Source: Patescibacteria group bacterium
GTDB lineage: Bacteria; Patescibacteriota; Minisyncoccia; UBA6257; GWB1-50-10
Direction: 5' to 3'
Length of the DNA stretch: 64,000 nucleotides
Assembly: GCA_024239035.1 (NCBI GenBank)
Contig: JANBVK010000001.1
Coordinates: forward strand, 423,062 to 487,061
Below are positions 1-8,623 of the stretch, piece by piece. Position 1 is the first letter of the stretch. Every line of letters begins with the position of its first letter. The notes below the pieces were generated by a model. That model was not told where the DNA came from. It worked only from the letters and a program-made list of their open reading frames with translations, and made no database searches. The translations under genes were made by a program, and so were the position numbers.

Positions 1-270
1 CCGGGGGCGCCACAGATAAGAGAATGCTGACTGAAGAATTTTGGGCAGGCCTTGGCCGTTTATCTTCACAAACGCAAGAGCGATAGCCGCCCCGACTAAA
101 ATAGCGGTGACTATGAGCCCGAAGAAGAAGTTGAAAATATAAAAAGAAGCGAAACTCATTCCTCCTGCGGCGGCCAGATACAAAAACTGCGGCAGAGTTA
201 AGGGACCGATAATCTTTGGTTTCTGTTCAATGAATTGTGGAATTTGGAACGTAGCCATAGTGGTGGTCAT
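1..270 (-). CDS. PrgI/VirB3-like T4SS membrane protein (partial; 3' end beyond window)
   Basis: Minus-strand reading frame from ATG at 270. The translation begins MTTTMATFQIPQFIEQKPKIIGPLTLPQFLYLAAAGGMSFASFYIF, followed by a transmembrane segment. This N-terminal motif pattern matches the PrgI/VirB3 family as I recall it. The ATG overlaps the TGA stop of the upstream gene (ATGA), suggesting translational coupling. Confidence 0.5.
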   Translation of the reverse strand, partial: MTTTMATFQIPQFIEQKPKIIGPLTLPQFLYLAAAGGMSFASFYIFNFFFGLIVTAILVGAAIALAFVKINGQGLPKILQSAFSYLWRPR

Positions 271-1748
271 CGTAAATCTACTATATTCCCTTCAATAGTT
301 GCCTGCCCCGAGTTACGTCGAGGGAGTTGACCTTTTTTGATGTTACCCTCTTTTTTACCCAGAGGGGATTGTGATGCTTGCGGTTTCTTCTCTATTTGTG
401 TCTTTAATGCTGGTTTCTTTTTTTCTCTTAGTGGTAGAATTTTTTCTGAGGGTTGTGGTGTATTGTTTCGCTCGAGCGTCTCAAGATTAATTACCTCCTT
501 CTCAGGCTTACCAAAAGGGGAAAGCGGCGTTCGACTCTCGCTGTAATGCACCACCCTTTTCTTTTCTTTTTCTTCTTTCACCCGCCGTAGCCTTGGCGAA
601 GGCGGGGCGTCTAACTTCGCTTCCGCGCCGGGTACTTCAATTTTTACCTTAGTGGGCGACGTACCCGGAGTTTTTGGTTTCATAAAACTAAAAGGAAAGT
701 CAAAACCCTTAAATGGTTTCTTATCTTCTTCAACCATTGGTTTTTCTTCGTGAAGGACTAGGGGTTTACCCTGAGTAACATCGAAGGGTTTACCCTCTTC
801 TGTTTTCTGCGTTAATACGCTTCTATGTTCTTCGGTGGGTCCGCGTCTTTCCTCTTCTACTTTTTCTATTCTAATCTTCTGTTCTTTTAACCCTTCTTCG
901 CCGAATTTTTTCAGAGAGATTGTTTTTTCCCCAACAGTTGCTTCTTTAAGTGGTCCTGTAATGGGATCATATACTTTCCTGATGCCATTTCTTAATTGGG
1001 AAAATATCTTTTTACTCAACTCTTGACCAATAGTTGTCGCAATTCGACTATCAATATTTACTGCTTCTTGTATTTCTTTAGTGATATCATCAAGATGAAT
1101 AAAACCCATTAGGACTCGACTGCTGATCATTGCTATTGAACTAATTTTTTCTTCAGAGAAATGATTAGAACTCCCAATTCTAAAAATGTCTTCCGCGTTG
1201 GCGTAAGAGAAAATCTCATTCTTTAAATTCTGAGGCAGCGATTTATATCGTTGATTTACTTGTTTTGGGGGTAGTGCTCCAATAAGTTTAGTTAGACCGA
1301 CGCCTAATTCTTGAGCGAGATTAGCAATTAGAAAAGTATAAAGGGGGGGTCTCTTGGTTTTTAGCCAATTTAATTTTGCTTCTTCGGTTTCTCCTGGTAT
1401 TGCTTCTATAATCAACTTCTGGAACTCTTTTTGGGCTTCTGGATATAAATCAAGGTTTTTATAGATGTTAGCTAAAGCCTCTCCGCTTGCCGTCTCCAGA
1501 ACAGCTTGAGCAATAGTTGGGAGAACGTTGTTTCTCCACTCTTTCTCGCTCAAATTCGCTCGGAGCATCGGAAATCCTTTAATAATACCCACCCAGAAAG
1601 TATTCTCCCACTCTGCCGCCGGAATCGTTTTTAAAGAAGTCCTAAGACCCTCTCCAGCCTTTTGGTAGTTTTTGCTCTGGAGTTCATCCCAAATATCTTC
1701 TTTGAGAATCGGAAGCCAATAAAAGTTTTGAGTATTTATATTGGGCAT
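267..1748 (-). CDS. hypothetical cytoplasmic protein with a K/E/P-rich disordered C-terminus, in the T4SS-like operon
   Basis: 493-aa ORF. No transmembrane segment or signal peptide is visible. The C-terminal half is low-complexity and rich in Lys, Glu and Pro. It sits in a tightly packed minus-strand operon with the VirB6-like and PrgI-like genes. Confidence 0.45.
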   Translation of the reverse strand: MPNINTQNFYWLPILKEDIWDELQSKNYQKAGEGLRTSLKTIPAAEWENTFWVGIIKGFPMLRANLSEKEWRNNVLPTIAQAVLETASGEALANIYKNLDLYPEAQKEFQKLIIEAIPGETEEAKLNWLKTKRPPLYTFLIANLAQELGVGLTKLIGALPPKQVNQRYKSLPQNLKNEIFSYANAEDIFRIGSSNHFSEEKISSIAMISSRVLMGFIHLDDITKEIQEAVNIDSRIATTIGQELSKKIFSQLRNGIRKVYDPITGPLKEATVGEKTISLKKFGEEGLKEQKIRIEKVEEERRGPTEEHRSVLTQKTEEGKPFDVTQGKPLVLHEEKPMVEEDKKPFKGFDFPFSFMKPKTPGTSPTKVKIEVPGAEAKLDAPPSPRLRRVKEEKEKKRVVHYSESRTPLSPFGKPEKEVINLETLERNNTPQPSEKILPLREKKKPALKTQIEKKPQASQSPLGKKEGNIKKGQLPRRNSGQATIEGNIVDLR

Positions 1749-1758
1749 GATTTAGAAT

Positions 1759-3525
1759 TTATGGAGTTCCTCCTCCGCCTGTTCCGCCACCAGCCTGAGC
1801 TTGACGCCGGGCCTCTTCCGCAATCATTTCTTCAACTTGGGCGCCAAGTCCTGCGTCTGATCTCGTTTCTGGATAAGTTTCTCGCATTATTCCAGGTTCT
1901 CTAAAAGGTATTCTTGGGCCATAAGGCGTTCCAGTTTCCCCTCCCCGACCATAGAGAAAACTAAGACGAACTTCTTTTGTTAAAGCGTCCTGAGGTATTG
2001 AGCTTAAAGCCTCAATAGCAGCCTGTCTTACTTGAGCGTTATCACTCCTTGCGTGGAGGCTGAGAGATGCTACAATTTCTACTTTTTCAGGATTTGAGGC
2101 TGTAGTAAACCTTCTCGCATTTTCTTCGATTGACCTACCTCTTACCTCTTTTCTAGCTTGAGCCGTTAATGCTTCTCCAGCTAACCTCGCTTCGCTTAGT
2201 CCCCTTCCAACCTGTCTTAAAGGAGCAGTTAGGAAACGACCAGCTCTCCCGAATACTCTTCTTCCAAGGCCCCCAGTTTGACCTAGGTTTGCTCCAACCC
2301 CTTGTAATCCTGCTGTTAATTTTCTTCCCGTAACACCCCTCAAGGGGTACGTACCAGTCTGTAACGCTTTCCTCCCAGCCCACGCTCTAGTCCCCTTACC
2401 AGCTCTTGAAGCAATACCCATCGCTCCGGCCGAGCCTTTTATACTCATCTGGGTCGCTATCCAAAGCCCGCCAATTAGGATGCCAGCTAACGTTATCATT
2501 TGTGCTCCTTGAACCATAATGTTTTGAAGAGAACCTGAAAAAAACTCTCCTCCCCGAATGCCACCCTGCTCTTTACCTAACTTACCTAATTCCTCAACGC
2601 TTACGAGAGCAAGGTAAGTGAAGAACATGACTGCTGGCGCGAAGAATACCCATTCCATGAATTTACTCCACCATTTTGTGAATTGTCCAGCTAAGTTGGG
2701 AATGACCCAGAAAAGCCATACGATTGGAGATACGATTATAAGAAAAGTTAAGTAGAGATACCGTAACAAAAGCATAAAAGCAAAGGCGAGCAAGACGAAA
2801 GCCGCGATGAGAGTAAAGACAACAGTGAATATAAGACCTGTTATTGAGATAAGTACTGCGGTTCCAATTCCCCCTGTGAGCCCGCCTACTTCTTCTTCCG
2901 GATTTGGTGGAATAGGATCATCGCTCTCAATTAAAAACCGTTGAGGTCCGAATGCACTTGATAGGCTGCTGCTTAGATCTAACCCTAAAGCTCCCCCACC
3001 GGAGGTGACCCTCTCTGCGAAAACATTTGTTAGGACGTGGGAAAAATTAATGAAAACGCCGGCAATTGCGAAACTGAAGTTAACTAGAATAGCGGCAGCA
3101 ATGAGCTTAGGGAGAAGCGCTTTTACCCCATACTGCTCTCTTCGCAGTATGGTTGCAAAAGCTATTACGATAATGAAGAGTACGAAGCCGAGATTGGCAA
3201 TATCGCGGACAATCCTCCATCCAATATGAACAAGAGCATTACTATCATCTAACACCGTAAGATTGAGGCCGAGCATCAAGTTTACAAGGAAACCACTAAG
3301 TACAAAGAGTACTCCCCCAATAAAGTTTAGGAGGAACGCGGTGATTCTGAAGCCGAAGGCGAAGAAATCTGCTACGAGCGTATCACCAATCCCAGCTTGT
3401 GACACCTCAGGTACTAGAAAAAAACCAATTAATAAAAGCAATACAGCTCCTAGAAAGAATTTACTATTAAAGAATCTTGTGACTTGTTTGTTTTTAAGAT
3501 GCATCATGGAGATTGAGAAGGGCAA
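1759..3525 (-). CDS. TrbL/VirB6-like polytopic membrane protein with a Gly/Arg-rich C-terminal tail
   Basis: 588 aa. At least six hydrophobic helices are visible. The C-terminus is a long Gly/Ala/Arg-rich repeat region ending in GGGTGGGGTP. This architecture is typical of TrbL/VirB6 conjugation channel proteins. It is operonic with the PrgI-like gene. Confidence 0.5.
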   Translation of the reverse strand: MPFSISMMHLKNKQVTRFFNSKFFLGAVLLLLIGFFLVPEVSQAGIGDTLVADFFAFGFRITAFLLNFIGGVLFVLSGFLVNLMLGLNLTVLDDSNALVHIGWRIVRDIANLGFVLFIIVIAFATILRREQYGVKALLPKLIAAAILVNFSFAIAGVFINFSHVLTNVFAERVTSGGGALGLDLSSSLSSAFGPQRFLIESDDPIPPNPEEEVGGLTGGIGTAVLISITGLIFTVVFTLIAAFVLLAFAFMLLLRYLYLTFLIIVSPIVWLFWVIPNLAGQFTKWWSKFMEWVFFAPAVMFFTYLALVSVEELGKLGKEQGGIRGGEFFSGSLQNIMVQGAQMITLAGILIGGLWIATQMSIKGSAGAMGIASRAGKGTRAWAGRKALQTGTYPLRGVTGRKLTAGLQGVGANLGQTGGLGRRVFGRAGRFLTAPLRQVGRGLSEARLAGEALTAQARKEVRGRSIEENARRFTTASNPEKVEIVASLSLHARSDNAQVRQAAIEALSSIPQDALTKEVRLSFLYGRGGETGTPYGPRIPFREPGIMRETYPETRSDAGLGAQVEEMIAEEARRQAQAGGGTGGGGTP

Positions 3526-5009
3526 GCATACGTCACATTCAAAACATCCTCACATTGAACAAGCTCTTCTTTTATTCGCGTTAAGTCTGCCTGAACCCGC
3601 GTCTTATCAGCCTCTATGCCTGTTTGCATGCTCTGTATTATGCTGGCGAATTGCCGGGCGATGATTCTTGATGCTCCTGCTCTGAGTACTCCCTCAGCAT
3701 TGTCAAGAAGGGTCGATGAAGCATTTAGGGAGTTAGATAATTCAGTAATTTCTACAAGGGTTGGATTTTGGGTGCACGTTAAGCCGCGGCCAGTCTGGCA
3801 ATTAATTAGCATTTGAGTTGTCGATGAGAGTTCTGTATTCAAGTTAAGAGTTTCTTCTATGGTGGCCCGGGTAGCTCCGATTTCAGCGAGAGCTACCTGG
3901 GATTCTTGTTCCGCTTGTGTGTCTTCGATTGTGTTTTGGAGATCACTTTGTTGTTGTTGATACTCTATGCATGCTGCTTGGGCAGAGGAGCTCAATCGTG
4001 GGTCATTACAGTCAGTTTGTGGGGTGTTTCCTGAAGGCCCTAGATTTTGGACTCCTTTCACCCCCTCTGCAATGAGCCGGTTAATGGACGCGTCAAATAT
4101 GGCACCGATGTAGGCTGTGAGCTCTTGAGCATTTACTAGATAATCTATATCAGCATATAGAGATCTTTCTAAACCTTCAGCAATAGCAGTGCCCGGCGTG
4201 GTAACTCTATCTTGGTGGCAAACCCATTCAATATTATTAATACCCGTTACAAGTACGGGTGGCGGTTGGGACGGGTCAGGGTAGGGTCGGATGAAGCTGT
4301 CGCTGTTAAATGGATACAACTTAGAAACGGCCTTGCCGCTATCATCGGTACCTCTAGCTTCCCATTCAAGACACTGTTTTGTGCTCAAAAACCCCCTCCC
4401 CGAATTTATTTCTTGTCTTAGTGCGTCTGTTTTTTGGGCTTCTCGTCTCTCGACCTCGCTCTGTGCAAGGATTTCAATGCCCCACCTGTTATTTTGAGGT
4501 CTTAGAAGTTCTTGATAACCGATCCAGCCGCCGCTCGTAAAACTATCACGAAACCGCTCGACGTTACCGACAATATCGTCAAGCGTGCAGCTCACCCGTT
4601 GGGAAAAGACCGGCCGTTCAAGCTGAAACTGGATTCTAACGGGGCTAATACCTCTGCATAGATCGCCTAGTCCTATTTCCCGGGCTACATCACCAACTGC
4701 TGCCTGGCCTGCGTCTTCTAAGAAACCACCGAAGTCAGTTACAAATTTAGGATCACCGTCACCTTGAATCCAACCGATAGTTTCATCAACCAGCTGATCA
4801 AGCAATCGTTTTTTAAGCGCCTCGAGAGCCGACTTTAATGCAAGCTCTGCGGCTGATTTTGTAACATCCCATATCCAACCTACGACACTCTCCGGGTTTA
4901 TGGTAATATCAGCGATGCCAAGGAACGCTTTTGCTCGGAACGGATAAGTGGTTCCTGTAACGAGCAGAACGCTTATGAGCAAAGCAGAGATAATTTTTTT
5001 TGTTCTCAT
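3504..5009 (-). CDS. secreted protein of unknown function (signal peptide present)
   Basis: 501 aa. The N-terminus MRTKKIISALLISVLLVTGTTYPFRAKA looks like a SPase I signal peptide. Several Cys pairs are present. The coding region overlaps the VirB6-like gene by 22 nt. Confidence 0.45.
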   Translation of the reverse strand: MRTKKIISALLISVLLVTGTTYPFRAKAFLGIADITINPESVVGWIWDVTKSAAELALKSALEALKKRLLDQLVDETIGWIQGDGDPKFVTDFGGFLEDAGQAAVGDVAREIGLGDLCRGISPVRIQFQLERPVFSQRVSCTLDDIVGNVERFRDSFTSGGWIGYQELLRPQNNRWGIEILAQSEVERREAQKTDALRQEINSGRGFLSTKQCLEWEARGTDDSGKAVSKLYPFNSDSFIRPYPDPSQPPPVLVTGINNIEWVCHQDRVTTPGTAIAEGLERSLYADIDYLVNAQELTAYIGAIFDASINRLIAEGVKGVQNLGPSGNTPQTDCNDPRLSSSAQAACIEYQQQQSDLQNTIEDTQAEQESQVALAEIGATRATIEETLNLNTELSSTTQMLINCQTGRGLTCTQNPTLVEITELSNSLNASSTLLDNAEGVLRAGASRIIARQFASIIQSMQTGIEADKTRVQADLTRIKEELVQCEDVLNVTYACPSQSP

Positions 5010-5015
5010 ATTTGA

Positions 5016-5822
5016 CTAAGAAGTTAATTCTTCATAGCGTTGAATTAAAATAGATTGTAAATCGAGATCTTCTTGGATAATTTCGGGTAATGTTTGGATC
5101 ACTACATATGTTTTGAGCGGATCAGTTTGTATGTTCAAGACAGCCTGGTACATGAGCAATTTCTTGTACCACAAGTTTGTGTATTGGAGGTGGTATTCTT
5201 GCCACTGCGGAGGAGTCTCAAGTTCAAGCAAGCCGTTTATATAATCCGAGATATGACTGGTGAGATAATGTATAGTTTGTGGATTATTTTCTTTAAAAAA
5301 CTCCTCCAAAGCGATATTAATATCTTTCTTGAACCCGCTAAAATTTTCTCTTAAAAGCGAATCGATCGCCTCCATATAAGTGATTTGATTTTCAGACGAA
5401 TTATCGCCTGAGATTCTAATATCTTTAAGGTTGAATTTAGGAAAATCAAAATCCTGTACAATTTTTTCTTGGAGTACTTGTTGTAAGTCAGGAGTTGCGA
5501 TGTTGAGATTGCGTTCCTCAACTCGTCCACTGCCTCGCTCTACGTTTTTTAAGAGCTCTTTGGCGTAAGCCTGAGCGACCAACTCAGTGAGGTTATCAGT
5601 TCCCTGGTTTTCACTTCCTCCCCCAAGACCTCCGTATACTCCGAAAATATTAGCTTGAGATTGAGGTGTTGATTTAAATTGGAGGCTTGGATTGGTATTC
5701 TCCTTAAATTTTGATACGGTCAAAAAATCACCGAAAGGCTTAGAGTCGCTATTGGTGACGAGTAAGGAAACTCCTATTCCAAACAGAATGACAGTAAAAG
5801 CGATGATTTTTATTTTACTCAT
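5016..5822 (-). CDS. N-terminally membrane-anchored hypothetical protein, first gene of the T4SS-like operon
   Basis: 268 aa. A single N-terminal hydrophobic helix (IIAFTVILFGIGVSLLV) is followed by a soluble domain. Confidence 0.4.
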   Translation of the reverse strand: MSKIKIIAFTVILFGIGVSLLVTNSDSKPFGDFLTVSKFKENTNPSLQFKSTPQSQANIFGVYGGLGGGSENQGTDNLTELVAQAYAKELLKNVERGSGRVEERNLNIATPDLQQVLQEKIVQDFDFPKFNLKDIRISGDNSSENQITYMEAIDSLLRENFSGFKKDINIALEEFFKENNPQTIHYLTSHISDYINGLLELETPPQWQEYHLQYTNLWYKKLLMYQAVLNIQTDPLKTYVVIQTLPEIIQEDLDLQSILIQRYEELTS

Positions 5823-5946
5823 AATATTTATGTAGCACAGAACAAGCGAACTGATTGTTACACGCTTCTTGCTATAATTATATCAAAGTTTGAACTATTT
5901 TTTTGATCTTTGAGCGCTCGTCAGTCTGTAGATTGCTCAGTTACTA

Positions 5947-6660
5947 ATGATTGAAACTAAAATGATAGCCAAAATTACTAAATCACCGTACGGGATTATT
6001 TCCCTTTCTATTGTTTTTATTTTAATAAGTGTTGTTCCATTCTTCTTCTTTTTAGGAGATGACAGCAACTGGAGAGAAAACCTATGGAATGCTTTTCCAA
6101 TTACGCTCTTGGCTGTCTTTGGTATGCTTTTTCTTCCGCTCTTTACGATACGTTACGTGTTTAAAGAAAATCCTAAGCGATTTGGGTGGGGTATTCCGGA
6201 AAATATGAAAAAAGCAGCATCTCTTACCGCGTTGGGGATTCTAATTTTTTTACCGATAATATTTTTTTTCAGTAGTCGGGAATCATTCCAAAATTACTAC
6301 TTAGTGGGGGAATTTTCGCTTGGGCAGTTTTTGCTTGTAGGGGTCTTAGCGTCACTTGTGTATTACACCGCCGAAGAGTTTCTTTTTCGCGGTTTTTTAT
6401 TTTGGGGTTTGTGGCATAAGGTTAAATATCATAGTTTTTGGATAACTAGTTTAATATTTACTTTTTTCCATTTAACCAAACCACCCTTAGAAGTTATTTT
6501 CGCCTTTTTTCTAAGCTTGGTTCTTTCTTACCTTTCTTTAAAAACAAAATCATTCATTCCTGCCGTCGCAGTTCACTTTGCAATAGCGCTAGTTTTAAAT
6601 GTTTTGATAATATTTTTTTCGGGCGCCGGCATTTCACCTGGAGGTACTATCCGTTTTTAG
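5947..6660 (+). CDS. CPBP-family (CAAX/Abi) intramembrane metalloprotease
   Basis: Polytopic membrane protein. It carries the three CPBP motifs in order: EEFLFRG, FTFFHL and HFAIALVLN. Confidence 0.7.
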   Translation: MIETKMIAKITKSPYGIISLSIVFILISVVPFFFFLGDDSNWRENLWNAFPITLLAVFGMLFLPLFTIRYVFKENPKRFGWGIPENMKKAASLTALGILIFLPIIFFFSSRESFQNYYLVGEFSLGQFLLVGVLASLVYYTAEEFLFRGFLFWGLWHKVKYHSFWITSLIFTFFHLTKPPLEVIFAFFLSLVLSYLSLKTKSFIPAVAVHFAIALVLNVLIIFFSGAGISPGGTIRF

Positions 6661-6678
6661 ACGAATCACTTCGCTTTA

Positions 6679-7488
6679 CTAACCAATAAGGTGTTGGCTG
6701 AGTTTTTGTATTTTACTCACGTCTAAACATTGCGGCCGGTCATTAGGGTTAACACGAATCTCCTCAAGTTTTTTAATTAACTCAATTTTATCAAGTGAGA
6801 AACCTTGGGCTAGGTTATTTAAAATCGTCTTCCTCGGTTGCTTAAAGAGAGCTTTAATTAGTTTGTAGTACCTTTCCGTATTTTTTGGTTCATATTTTCT
6901 AGTTCTTAATCGTATAATTGCCGAATCAACTTTCGGTTTTGGTTCAAAATCTTCTTTTGGAATGTAGTCAATAATTTCCGGGTTCGCCCAAAACTGAACA
7001 CTTGCAGCAAGAAGATTCATTTTTGGGGGTTTGGCACATAGTCGTTCGGCCACTTCTTTTTGAAGAGTTAAAACAATAATAGTAGTTAGTAACTGGTAAT
7101 TAGTAATTAGTTCACCCAAAGTCCTTAAAAGACGCCCGGTTATGTAATAGGGAATGTTGCCTACAATTTTGTAATTAGTAACTGGTAACTTGTAATTAGC
7201 AATCAATTTAGAAAGTTCTTTTAGGGCATCTCCGTGAATAAAAGTTATATTTTCTGATTTCCGATTACTACTTGCTAATTCTTCATAAAGATTTTTGTCT
7301 TTTTCTATCGCGACGATTCTAGATTTTAGACTCTGTGTTCTAGACATTAGTTCTTTTGTAAGCTCTCCTCGCCCCGATCCGACCTCAATAATGATGTTGT
7401 TGTCTTCAATATCCAGCGCATCAATGATTTCCTTGATTTTCTCTTTGTTTATAAGGGAATATTGGCCTAATCTCTTATTTGAATACAT
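6679..7488 (-). CDS. rsmA: 16S rRNA (adenine1518/1519-N6)-dimethyltransferase RsmA/KsgA
   Basis: SAM-binding motif EVGSGRGELT is present. The NIPY motif (VGNIPYYITG) and the QKEVAERL helix match KsgA. Confidence 0.85.
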   Translation of the reverse strand: MYSNKRLGQYSLINKEKIKEIIDALDIEDNNIIIEVGSGRGELTKELMSRTQSLKSRIVAIEKDKNLYEELASSNRKSENITFIHGDALKELSKLIANYKLPVTNYKIVGNIPYYITGRLLRTLGELITNYQLLTTIIVLTLQKEVAERLCAKPPKMNLLAASVQFWANPEIIDYIPKEDFEPKPKVDSAIIRLRTRKYEPKNTERYYKLIKALFKQPRKTILNNLAQGFSLDKIELIKKLEEIRVNPNDRPQCLDVSKIQKLSQHLIG

Positions 7489-7544
7489 AGTTTGCTAAGG
7501 GTATTTTAAGGTAAATTTACACAGAATAGGTTTGTGATTAAAAG

Positions 7545-8609
7545 GTGATATGTTACTATTCCAATATTAATATGGTTTTCAGTCATATAAAACCTCTTTT
7601 GAGAGGTTTCCCTAAAGCGACAAGTTTGTGGTCGCTAGTTTTTATTCTGATTATTGTTGCGGCTGGTCGTTTTGCTTATTCAAAGACAGAAAGCTTTGTT
7701 AACCGTGAAGAGAGTGGTAGTTTCAGTTTCGGCGGCCCGGCTGGAAATTCAGAAGGAAATCTTGGATTTTTTTCGGGATCACTCACTTCATTGAACGGTG
7801 AATATTCAGATGATGAGGAGAAATTTCTAATATTTGACGGAGTAGTTGTTTTAGGGACCTCTCATCCTTTAAGTAATCTAATACCAACGAGAGATGGTCT
7901 GCAGAAGTATAAAGTTCAGTCGGGCGATACTCTCTCCGGCATAGCTGCTCAGTTTGGATTAACGCTACAAACTTTAAGATGGGCCAATCCCGGGCTTCGC
8001 TCGGCGATTAGGATCGGTGAAGAACTCACCATCTTGCCGGTTTCAGGGATTCTGCACGCGGTTAAGGAGGATGACTCTATCGAGTCCGTTGCTAGTCGTT
8101 ATCAGATAGACCCTAATCTCATAAGAGAGTATAACCCAGATTACCAAAAGACACTTGATTCCCCAGGTGAATTGTTAGTTTTACCCAACGCCAAACCGCT
8201 TGGGAATATAGGTTACGCCCGTTACATCCAAAATCTTCCTAATCTGAAAAGCTATTTTGTATTGCCGGCTCGGGGATGGAACTGGGCTCGACTCCATGAT
8301 TATAATGCGGTGGACATCGCCGATCAGTGTGGTAAGCCGATCTATGCTGCTGCGGAAGGATTGGTTATTGAAGAATCATCCGAAGGATATTGGAACCAAG
8401 GTCACGGCAACTACGTATTTCTGGAACACCCAAACGGCACCAAGACGCGCTACTCTCATACGTCTGAAAATTTAGTTAATGTTGGTGATTATGTTTCCCA
8501 AGGTGATCACGTCGCCTTAATTGGAAATACCGGCAACACTCACGGCCCCACCGGTTGTCATCTGCACTTTGAGACGCACGGCGCTAAGAATCCTTTTGCA
8601 ATAAAGTAA
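7545..8609 (+). CDS. LysM-domain M23 family metallopeptidase
   Basis: LysM segment SGDTLSGIAAQFGLTLQTLRWANPGL is present. The M23 motifs HxxxD and HLHFE (GNTGNTHGPTGCHLHFETH) are present. An N-terminal transmembrane segment is visible. Confidence 0.8.
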   Translation: MICYYSNINMVFSHIKPLLRGFPKATSLWSLVFILIIVAAGRFAYSKTESFVNREESGSFSFGGPAGNSEGNLGFFSGSLTSLNGEYSDDEEKFLIFDGVVVLGTSHPLSNLIPTRDGLQKYKVQSGDTLSGIAAQFGLTLQTLRWANPGLRSAIRIGEELTILPVSGILHAVKEDDSIESVASRYQIDPNLIREYNPDYQKTLDSPGELLVLPNAKPLGNIGYARYIQNLPNLKSYFVLPARGWNWARLHDYNAVDIADQCGKPIYAAAEGLVIEESSEGYWNQGHGNYVFLEHPNGTKTRYSHTSENLVNVGDYVSQGDHVALIGNTGNTHGPTGCHLHFETHGAKNPFAIK

Positions 8610-8623
8610 TCGTTTCTCATTTC

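Noticed and set aside
2153-4497. Multiple 60-130-aa ORFs antisense to or overlapping the VirB6-like and secreted-protein genes (for example 2153..2383, 3005..3229, 3263..3664, 4212..4497)
   Set aside because: They lie entirely within longer, motif-bearing ORFs on the other strand and have biased, low-complexity translations, so they are treated as shadow ORFs. The same applies to the other short overlapping ORFs in the supplied track.
7077-7210. Approximately 20-bp direct repeat (gtaattagtaactggtaa) inside ksgA
   Set aside because: Both copies are in frame within conserved KsgA segments (TNYKIVGNIPYY and ITNYQLL). This is most likely chance similarity in AT-rich coding sequence, not an insertion.
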